Source: Pachysolen tannophilus NRRL Y-2460 (Eukaryota). Taken from it: DNA of 64,000 nucleotides. Made by a program: the position numbers and the translations under genes. The stretch spans positions 1,334,502-1,398,501 of the forward strand of contig KV454013.1 of assembly GCA_001661245.1 (NCBI GenBank), written 5' to 3'. Positions 46,727 to 55,603 of the stretch are shown here, in pieces. How positions within the stretch are numbered: position 1 is the stretch's first letter; the number at the start of each line of letters is the position of its first letter. Under the pieces are notes generated by a model that did no database searches, was not told where the DNA came from, and saw only the letters and a program-made list of their open reading frames with translations.

Positions 46727-47435
46727 TTAAGATAATTCTTGTTTTAAAAACTCATTACTGAAATGGCAAATCTGATTATAATTTCTTTCAAACCCACTAG
46801 ATCCTCCGTAATAAGGGTCTTCAACTATTTCACCATAACTTGAATCTGTTCTCCATTCCCCAAACATCTTGACAATAGCTTTTGAACCTTGTGGTTTTAT
46901 CCTTAACAAATTCAGTTTATTAGAACTATCCATAGCAATTATATATTCAAACTCATGAAAGTGTTTTGGCTTGATCTGTTGTGCCTTATGACAAACTGGA
47001 ACTCCATGTCTTTTGCAAGTCAGAACAGAACGATGATCAGGATCTTCTCCTGTATGATACGCACCTGTACCAAATGAATCAATACGTTTAAAATAATGAG
47101 ATTTCCCTAAATCTTTAACTATACTAGTGAAAACAGCTCTACAAGTTAATAAAAAAAAAAAGAACAGACATGTTAGTTCATTGGACTCTTTCGTTGTGTC
47201 ATAGAGAAAATGATAAAAATGATTGAAATCATAGAAATGACTTACTCGGCCATAGGACTTCGGCAACTAATAATAATGATAAAAAATGTGTTGATGTTAG
47301 CAGGTTTCTCCGACTTTCACAATTATACAATAATTCATTGATAAAAAGAAAATAAAAACTCTCTTACATATTACCAAGGCAAACAAAGGCAACGGATATC
47401 TTGCCATCAGGCTCTTTAGAGTCTGATTGAGTCAT
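46727..47435 (-). CDS. LTP1: Low-molecular-weight protein tyrosine phosphatase; exons 47368-47435, 47246-47266, 46727-47138
   Basis: Spliced product MTQSD..KISVAFVCLGNI|CRSPMAE|AVF..IDSFGTGAYHTGE..AMD..DPYYGG. Donors GTAAGA and GTAAGT, branch points TGCTAAC and AACTAAC, TAG acceptors. Confidence 0.93.
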
Positions 47436-47646
47436 TCGAAACTTGTATTATACTTATTCAAAAGCTTTTCAGTATATAAAATATATTAAAACTGTATTCT
47501 AAAATTAAGATGAAAAAAAAAAAAGAAAATTTAAGAAAATACCAAAAAACTTTCAAATTGTTGTTATTTAAAATTATATCTAGTTTTAAAAGAGAGAGCA
47601 GAAGATAGCATAAGAGAGCAGAAGGAGTCAGAGGTGTGTGGTGGAT

Positions 47647-50184
47647 TTAAAGACCTGACCAGTGTTTTGTCTCCTTAAGTTGAAAGCTTTCAACCAATTG
47701 GATATTCTCAGTACTTTTACCGATAATTACATTATAAGTACCACTTTCTGAGCACCAATCGTTATAGTATTCGTCAAAGAAAGAAGTTGCGTACTTTAAT
47801 GAAGTTTTGATTTCAATTTTTTTGGTTTCACCTGCTTTTAGTGATACTTTGATAAAATTCTTCAATTCTTTTATAGGTCTAGTAATGGAAGGTTTCTGTT
47901 GTGAGACATATAATTGAGCAACTTCTTTACCAGATCTATCACTGTTATTTTTCAACTCAAATTTAGCTATTAATAAGTCACTTGACTCGTTAATAGATAA
48001 GACCAAGTTATCATAAGTAAAGTTACTATATGAAAGACCATGACCAAATGGGAACAAGACAGGTCTATCTATTTTTTCATAAAACCTATAATCAACATAT
48101 ACGTCTTCACCATATAGGACTTGACCATTATTTGAATTAAAATTGAAATATGTTGGATTATCTTGTAATCTAATTGGGAAAGTGATTGATAATTTCCCAG
48201 AAGGATTGACATCACCATAAAGAACATCTGCAATTGCATTTCCACCTTCATTTCCTGCAAACCACAGTTGAAGTACAGCTGGGATTTTTTCAATCCATGG
48301 CATTTCAACAGGTGTGCCAGATTGATTAACGACAATAGTGTTTTTATTGGCCAGAACAATTGCTTCGATTAATTGATCTTGATAACCAGGTAATTTCATA
48401 TCTTCCCTATCAAGGCTTTCAGTTTCAAATTCAAGATTTGTACCAGAAACAATTATAACTTTATCATTTTTTTTAGCAATTTCAACAGCTTTAGCAATTT
48501 CCAGTAAAGGGTCAAAGACTTTAATTGCACCAATACGAATACCACCACCACCATAATTTCCTGGATCTAAACCTTTGGTTAAAATTGAAGTTTTACCTGA
48601 ACTAAATTCAATTCTTATTTTATAAGTTTTATCCTTTGATAAAACAATTCTACCCTTTTCTTCAATTGAACCTTGATTGAAAAAAGTATTACCAAAAATT
48701 TGTTTTGTCTTATTATCAACAACTAAAGTTTCATCAACAAAGATTAATGCAGTTCCAACTACTGCAACACCAAATTCATATTCACCATCTTCTTCTGGGG
48801 TAAAATAACCTTCAATATCCAGATAAAAAATAAGATCATTTTCTAAAATTTTAGAATTATAATAATCAACCATATGCATATATGATGAATTTAAATTTAA
48901 TTGTTCAACAAAATTTCTATCACCTTGATAATCTCTTGGTTTTAAATAAATTTTCATTGTAAAACCAACTGATCCATCATCTCTTTTTAATTGAGTACCT
49001 AAACCTGGTAACATCTTATGAGCAGCAGCACCTAAAGTATATTCAGGAATAATATCAGCTTTTGATTTAATACCATCATAAGGAGTTGTTGAATAATATG
49101 ATAATAATGATGCAGAACCACCTCCACAATAAGATGCAAATTTTGCATTTGGACCAAAAATTGCAATTTTATCCAGAGGTTTTAAAGGTAATAAATTATT
49201 ATCATTTTTTAATAAGACAATTGATTCTGAAGCTATTTCTCTTAATTTTAAAGAAGTTATTGGAGTATTATTTGAAGAAGTTTCTGGATCATTTTCATTA
49301 ATTCCTGAATTTAAAGAATATTTAATTAATTTTAATACATTTTCAACTCTTTTATTTAAAATTTTTAAATGAATTTCCTTTGAATTAACAGCATGTTGTA
49401 CTGAATCATATTTTCTCATCTTTGGTGGACCTGGCATTTCTAAATCCAAACCAGCATCAATTGATTCTTTTAAAGAATATAAACCATACCAATCGCTCAT
49501 AGTAGCACCTTGCCATTTCCATTCATCTCTTAAAATTTCTTCAATTAAATATTTAGAATTAGAAACATGTTCTCCATTAACTTTATTATAAGATGTCATT
49601 AAAGAGATTGGATTTGAATCTCTAATTGCAATTTGGAAAGGTAATAAATAAACTTCTCTTAAAGCACGTTGAGTAACAATAGAATTAATAGAACTTCTTT
49701 CAGTTTCAATATCATTACAAACAAAATGTTTTAAAGTTGCTGCAATTTTTTTATCTTGAATACCAGAAATAATTGCAGCAGAAGCAAAACCAGATAAAAC
49801 TGGATCTGGTGAATAACTTTCAAAACCTCTACCTCCTAATGGAGATCTTTGAATATTACAAGTTGGACCCAAGATAACATGAACAGCTTTAGCTTTAGCT
49901 TCTTCCCCCATTAATTGACCTGCTTCAAATAATAAATCTTTATTAAAAGTTGCAGCTAATCCAGTACCACAGGGGAAACAACCTGCTGGAACACCATTAA
50001 AAAATTTTGTACCTCTAATTCCATTTGGACCATCAGAAACTCTTATTTTAGGAATACCTAACCTTTCAATCTTAGCCGTATGCCAAAAATCAACACCTGA
50101 AATTAATTTGACTTTTTCTTCAAGAGTTAACTCTTTAATTAAACTTTCAACATCAAAATTTTTTGAATTTGTAATTAACGTCAT
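47647..50184 (-). CDS. Intracellular GH3 beta-glucosidase with PA14 insertion
   Basis: LTLEEKV, SDGPNGIRG, GGRGFES, KHFVCN, MSDW nucleophile motif, GLDLEMPG, PA14-like insert, ESLDR, PSGKLSITFP, FPFGHGLSY, Fn3-like tail. No signal peptide. Confidence 0.96.
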   Translation of the reverse strand: MTLITNSKNFDVESLIKELTLEEKVKLISGVDFWHTAKIERLGIPKIRVSDGPNGIRGTKFFNGVPAGCFPCGTGLAATFNKDLLFEAGQLMGEEAKAKAVHVILGPTCNIQRSPLGGRGFESYSPDPVLSGFASAAIISGIQDKKIAATLKHFVCNDIETERSSINSIVTQRALREVYLLPFQIAIRDSNPISLMTSYNKVNGEHVSNSKYLIEEILRDEWKWQGATMSDWYGLYSLKESIDAGLDLEMPGPPKMRKYDSVQHAVNSKEIHLKILNKRVENVLKLIKYSLNSGINENDPETSSNNTPITSLKLREIASESIVLLKNDNNLLPLKPLDKIAIFGPNAKFASYCGGGSASLLSYYSTTPYDGIKSKADIIPEYTLGAAAHKMLPGLGTQLKRDDGSVGFTMKIYLKPRDYQGDRNFVEQLNLNSSYMHMVDYYNSKILENDLIFYLDIEGYFTPEEDGEYEFGVAVVGTALIFVDETLVVDNKTKQIFGNTFFNQGSIEEKGRIVLSKDKTYKIRIEFSSGKTSILTKGLDPGNYGGGGIRIGAIKVFDPLLEIAKAVEIAKKNDKVIIVSGTNLEFETESLDREDMKLPGYQDQLIEAIVLANKNTIVVNQSGTPVEMPWIEKIPAVLQLWFAGNEGGNAIADVLYGDVNPSGKLSITFPIRLQDNPTYFNFNSNNGQVLYGEDVYVDYRFYEKIDRPVLFPFGHGLSYSNFTYDNLVLSINESSDLLIAKFELKNNSDRSGKEVAQLYVSQQKPSITRPIKELKNFIKVSLKAGETKKIEIKTSLKYATSFFDEYYNDWCSESGTYNVIIGKSTENIQLVESFQLKETKHWSGL

Positions 50185-50324
50185 TTCCGAATTATAAACT
50201 TAATAATAAAACTTTTATCGTATTTTAATCTTTCCCATCTACTTTCTTACTCTTTCTATGTTTATATATCTCGAGTTCTTGATGGGGATTTTATATCAAT
50301 CTTTTAAATTGGATTTATTGATTA

Positions 50325-50392
50325 CCCCAGGAAAAATGTACCAAAAACAATTTCAATTTTTCAACTGCAGGAGGTCACCATGCAGCGTGGGG
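50325..50392. promoter_or_regulatory. Mig1/CreA-type SYGGGG boxes upstream of the beta-glucosidase
   Basis: CCCCAG at 50325-50330 with A-rich flank, and GTGGGG at 50387-50392. Confidence 0.45.
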
Positions 50393-50645
50393 TGCAGCCA
50401 CGAATTTTACGAGAAATTATCGGAAAATTGATGAAAAGACTGCAGAACTAGACAGGGTAGGTTAATCAGATTAGAAGAAGAAGAAAAAGCTAAAAGTTTG
50501 CCGATGAACTATAGTGAAATGAGTATAAATAATGTATATCAAGTCTAAAAAAGTGGTATTTATTTGTGTTATTTTTTTTTTTGTTATAGGGAAAGGCCAG
50601 CCTTTCTGGTAAAAGAAAAAGAAAACTATATAGATTTAAAAATTA

Positions 50646-52040
50646 TTAATCAACTTCGTTTACTCTAAAACTATCATCGAAGGGGCTCTTATGAGAACTG
50701 TTTCTATTGTTATTGTTATTGTTATTACTGGTATCCAAGTCCACTTCTAGTAAGACCTCATCTTCATCTTCATCTTCATTGTTTTCATTTTCTTCATCAC
50801 TGGCTAATAATAGGCTTTGACGATTATTTTTAAGTTTAATTTGATTTTCATGATCTCCTTCATGATCCAAATCCAACGAGATTTCTATATCTCTCTTATT
50901 ATTGTTGAACAAATGTGATTTTTCTTCATTTTCTTCATTTTCTTCTTCGTCGTCGTCGTCGTCGTCGTCTTCTTCTTCTTCTTCTTCTTCTTCTTCAGCA
51001 ATAAGTTGTGATTGTAAACCTAACAGGAATCTTGGCAGATTATCATTTGAATTTGAATTATTTGAATTAATTTTATTTATTTTTGTAATTTCTTTTAATT
51101 TTAAATTATTATTATTACTTGAAGGTCCAATTTTAACAGTTTTAACTCCTCCAAGATTAACAACACTAACAGCAGTTCTTGGTTGATTTTCATTTATAGA
51201 ATGGAAAGAAGAAGATGATGATGAAGATGAATTTTCTGAAATATTAACTAATTTTGGTTTTGCTCTTATTGCTGTCATTGTTGATTTTTTCAGTTCCAAA
51301 TTTGTATTATTTGTATTTGAATTATTTGTAACACCAACTATTGAAGCATTTTCTATTGATTGTAAATCTGAGAAAAATGACAGTTTTGAAAAAATTGAAG
51401 GATTATAATTTCTCTTTACTGAAGAAGAATTTGAACTTGAAATATTTGATTGTTTTACTGTAACACCTGGAATATAAGCTATTGGTATAACATTTGAAGC
51501 TTTTGTGAAAACTGAATTTGCCATTGTAGAAAGAGTTACTTGTGATAATCTTTTTTCACCATGATTATTAGAATTTAAATTTTTATTTTCTCTAATTTTT
51601 GAACCATCAGAACCACCATTAGAAACTAATCTATCTTTAATTCCACCTCCAGATAAATTTTCATCATTTTCTATAAAATTTTCATCATCTTTATTATAAA
51701 TATATTCTTTTTGTTTAATATAAAATTGTCTTCTTTTTTTAAAATAAAATCGATAAAGTAAATACATTATAATTAAAACAATTAATAATAATCCACCAAT
51801 AACTCCACCTGCAATACCTCCAACTTCTTTTTTCTTACTTGAAGAAGAAGATGAAGAAGAAGAAAGTGAAGTAACTACTGAACAATAAGTTGTTGGACAA
51901 CTTTCACAAGTTTGTGTTGTCATTACACATTGTTCATCATCATTACATGATGGACAAGATGGAGCTGAAGAACAAGTTACACATGAATCTCTTTTAGAAA
52001 AAAAAAATAAATTATAATATTCATGCGGCGGCACACTCAT
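50646..52040 (-). CDS. OPY2: Membrane anchor Opy2 (HOG/filamentation pathway)
   Basis: MSVPP start, Cys-rich CVTC..PSCPSCNDDEQCVMTTQTCESCPTTYC, TM GGIAGGVIGGL, STMANSVFTKASNVIPIAYIPGVT, MTAIRAKP, SPFDD. Confidence 0.92.
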   Translation of the reverse strand: MSVPPHEYYNLFFFSKRDSCVTCSSAPSCPSCNDDEQCVMTTQTCESCPTTYCSVVTSLSSSSSSSSSKKKEVGGIAGGVIGGLLLIVLIIMYLLYRFYFKKRRQFYIKQKEYIYNKDDENFIENDENLSGGGIKDRLVSNGGSDGSKIRENKNLNSNNHGEKRLSQVTLSTMANSVFTKASNVIPIAYIPGVTVKQSNISSSNSSSVKRNYNPSIFSKLSFFSDLQSIENASIVGVTNNSNTNNTNLELKKSTMTAIRAKPKLVNISENSSSSSSSSFHSINENQPRTAVSVVNLGGVKTVKIGPSSNNNNLKLKEITKINKINSNNSNSNDNLPRFLLGLQSQLIAEEEEEEEEEDDDDDDDEEENEENEEKSHLFNNNKRDIEISLDLDHEGDHENQIKLKNNRQSLLLASDEENENNEDEDEDEVLLEVDLDTSNNNNNNNRNSSHKSPFDDSFRVNEVD

Positions 52041-52217
52041 TTTTTCCAACAAACAAACAAATAATAACCTAATCGATTGATTAATCAAATCAAATTAATT
52101 AGATATTAATTATAGTTATAGATTGTTTGTTATTCATTTAAACTTATTCCAGGCTGCTTTTTAATCAATTTTTTCTCTTTTATTTTTTCTCTTTTTTTTT
52201 TTTTTTTTCTACGTGTT

Positions 52218-52590
52218 NNNNNNNNNNNNNNNNNNNNNNNNNNNNNNNNNNNNNNNNNNNNNNNNNNNNNNNNNNNNNNNNNNNNNNNNNNNNNNNNNNN
52301 NNNNNNNNNNNNNNNNNNNNNNNNNNNNNNNNNNNNNNNNNNNNNNNNNNNNNNNNNNNNNNNNNNNNNNNNNNNNNNNNNNNNNNNNNNNNNNNNNNNN
52401 NNNNNNNNNNNNNNNNNNNNNNNNNNNNNNNNNNNNNNNNNNNNNNNNNNNNNNNNNNNNNNNNNNNNNNNNNNNNNNNNNNNNNNNNNNNNNNNNNNNN
52501 NNNNNNNNNNNNNNNNNNNNNNNNNNNNNNNNNNNNNNNNNNNNNNNNNNNNNNNNNNNNNNNNNNNNNNNNNNNNNNNNNNNNNNNNNN
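52218..52590. other. Assembly gap (N run)
   Basis: Run of N. Confidence 0.99.
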
Positions 52591-53353
52591 TTTTTTTTTT
52601 TTTTTTTTCAAGTTCTTAATGACACGTGTTTAATGGCAGATCCAATTTTTTTTTTTTTAATTTTCTTTTAATTTAAAGTCGTTCATTTAAAACACAATAC
52701 GCAATTTTTCGAGATCGCATTTTAAATAAGTAAACTTAATAAAATATTTTTTTTTTAAAATTACGTCATCATCATTTTTTTTTTTTTATTTTTCTCTTTT
52801 TTAAGATTTCCGGTCGGGGTAGTATTCCAATCTATTAAAAAATAAAAACAAAGCAAAAAGTGGGGAACAAAAAAAGCCGTTCATTTCCAATGTCGGTGAG
52901 GGGTAGGGTAGAATTTAAAAAAAAAAGAAAATAAAATTAGATTAAAAAAGGGCTCTTAAAAGTCTCAAAAATGTCTTAAAAAAGTTACTAGTTTCTCTTG
53001 GTTTTCTTTGTATTTGCGTGTGATCATTTATAAATCAATTTTTTATTTTATTTTTTTACCAACTCCGATTCCCGCTAATTGCGATCTCCGAAACTGGAAC
53101 TATAGTGGTACTAAAAAAGGGGCAAAAGGAAGAAATTTAGGGCAAAAAGGGGGTGATTCCTATTATTTTACTTTATTATATAAAAAAAAATCAAGAACAA
53201 GAACAAGAACAAGGTACTAAAGTGGAGAAGTTACTCCAATTCACATTTACAAAAAGAAAAGAAAAAGAACACAAATATGAAAATGAGCATTTTTATTGGC
53301 TAGATGTAATGAATTAAGAATCAATATTAAAACGTAAAAATCTTTATACTTAG

Positions 53354-53364
53354 CGGTTCAATGG
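53354..53364 (+). promoter_or_regulatory. Carbon-source-responsive element (Cat8/Sip4-type) upstream of the aldehyde dehydrogenase
   Basis: CGGTTCAATGG; its reverse complement CCATTGAACCG fits CCRTYSRNCCG. Confidence 0.5.
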
Positions 53365-53686
53365 TTTATTGCATTGCATTAATAAAATCTCTTTTTTTTC
53401 TTTTACTTTCTTTTACTTTCTTCTTTTTTTTTTTTTTTTTTTATTTTCATTATTAATCATCAGAGTAAACCCCCTCCTTTTAACAAATGCTTAAACTACG
53501 ATCATCTATCTGTTTCATTTAGTTTAATTTGATAATTGTGGAGAGCAATCAAATTATTCATATATATATATATATATAAGTATATAAAAGTAGAGCAATT
53601 ATATATTTGATACTTTTTTTTTTTTTTATATATATTCTTTTATTATATAGTTTGAGAAATAAATAAATAAAATTCAAATAAAAAAA

Positions 53687-55288
53687 ATGTTGAGAGTATC
53701 TACTTTTACTGGTGCTAAAGTTACTGGTACAACAACTATTAGAACTACAATTGGTTCTCAACAATTAATTACAAAATCTTTATTACTGAGATTTTATTCG
53801 TCTCAAATTCCTTTAAAAGTTCCAGTTACTTTACCAAATGGTATTAAATATGAACAACCAACAGGTTTATTTATTAATAATGAATTTGTTGCTTCGAAAC
53901 AAGGTAAAACATTTGAAGTTTTAAATCCTTCAACTGAAGATGTTATTTGTGATGTTTATGAAAGTAGAGAAGAAGATGTTGATCTTGCTGTGGATGCTGC
54001 TTCAAAAGCTTTTAATTCAGAATGGTCTTCTCAAGATCCTGCAATTCGTGGTGAATATTTATTAAAATTGGCTGATTTAATTGAAGAACATAGTGAAGTA
54101 TTGGCTGGTATTGAAGCTTTAGATAATGGTAAAGCTTTAATTTCTCTGAGAGGTGATGTAGCTTTAGTTGCTAAATATTTAAGATCTTGTGGAGGTTGGG
54201 CCGATAAAATTTTTGGTTCATTAATTGAAACTGGTGATTCTCATTTTAATTATGCAAGAAGAGAACCTCTTGGAGTTTGTGGTCAAATTATTCCATGGAA
54301 TTTCCCATTATTAATGTGGTCTTGGAAAGTTGGTCCTGCATTAGCTACAGGTAATACTGTTGTTTTAAAATCTGCTGAAAGTACACCTCTTTCTGCTTTA
54401 TATGCTTCTCAATTAGTTAAAGAAGCTGGTTTCCCAGCTGGTGTTGTTAATACTTTATCTGGTTTTGGTAAAATTACTGGTAATGCTATTGCTGCTCATC
54501 CAAAAATTAAAAAAGTTGCATTTACAGGTTCAACAGCAACTGGTAAACATATCATGAAAACTGCTGCAGAATCAAATTTGAAAAAAGTAACTTTAGAATT
54601 GGGTGGTAAATCTCCAAATATTGTTTTTGAAGATGCTGATATTAATAAAGCTGTTGCAAATATTATCTTGGGTATTTATTATAATTCTGGTGAAGTTTGT
54701 TGTGCAGGTTCAAGAGTTTATGTTCAAGAAAGTATTTATGATGAAGTTGCAAAAGCTTTTAAAGCTGCTGCAGAACTGGTTAAAGTTGGTGATCCTTTTG
54801 AAAATGGAGTTTTCCAAGGTCCACAAACTTCTCAAAATCAATTAAATAAAATTTTAGATTATATTAATATTGGTACTCAAGAAGGTGCTACTTTAATTAG
54901 TGGTGGTAAAAGAAAAGGTAATAAAGGTTATTTTGTAGAACCAACAATCTTTGGTGATGTTTCTGAAGATATGAGAATTGTTAAAGAAGAAATTTTTGGT
55001 CCAGTTGTTACAATGTCAAAATTTAAAGATGTTGATGAAGTTATTAAATTAGGAAATGATACTGAATATGGTTTAGCTGCTGGTATACATACTACTAACT
55101 TGAATACAGCCATTAAAGTTGCTCATTCCCTTAAAGCAGGTACTGTTTGGATTAATACTTATAACGATTTCCATCAAATGGTTCCTTTCGGAGGTTTCGG
55201 CCAATCAGGTATTGGTAGAGAAATGGGTAAAGAAGCTTTAGATAATTATACTCAAGTTAAAGCAGTACGTATTGCACGTACCAACTAA
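53687..55288 (+). CDS. Mitochondrial aldehyde dehydrogenase (Ald4/Ald5-like)
   Basis: Arg/Thr/Ser-rich presequence, [54 protein letters not shown]. Strongly biased codon usage. Confidence 0.96.
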   Translation: MLRVSTFTGAKVTGTTTIRTTIGSQQLITKSLLLRFYSSQIPLKVPVTLPNGIKYEQPTGLFINNEFVASKQGKTFEVLNPSTEDVICDVYESREEDVDLAVDAASKAFNSEWSSQDPAIRGEYLLKLADLIEEHSEVLAGIEALDNGKALISLRGDVALVAKYLRSCGGWADKIFGSLIETGDSHFNYARREPLGVCGQIIPWNFPLLMWSWKVGPALATGNTVVLKSAESTPLSALYASQLVKEAGFPAGVVNTLSGFGKITGNAIAAHPKIKKVAFTGSTATGKHIMKTAAESNLKKVTLELGGKSPNIVFEDADINKAVANIILGIYYNSGEVCCAGSRVYVQESIYDEVAKAFKAAAELVKVGDPFENGVFQGPQTSQNQLNKILDYINIGTQEGATLISGGKRKGNKGYFVEPTIFGDVSEDMRIVKEEIFGPVVTMSKFKDVDEVIKLGNDTEYGLAAGIHTTNLNTAIKVAHSLKAGTVWINTYNDFHQMVPFGGFGQSGIGREMGKEALDNYTQVKAVRIARTN

Positions 55289-55603
55289 TTTTGAAAGAAA
55301 CTAATTTTTTTTTTTTTTTTTTAAAAAGTTGATCTTTTTCTTCTTTTTCTTTTAAAATCATATATTTTCCCTCTCTTTCTCTTACTACTCACACACACAC
55401 TATCCTCTATCCTCTATTATTCATTCAGCTTTCAAATTTTTTTTTTTTTTTTTTTTAATGTGGTATAAAAAGTTTACCGCAACAAGTTGGAAATTTATAT
55501 ATCCACTTTTTCTATTTTTTTTTTTTTTTTTTTATATTTTTATTACTTTTATTATATTTCATTTTATTATTGTTACATATTCGAAAAATACATATTACTT
55601 TAG

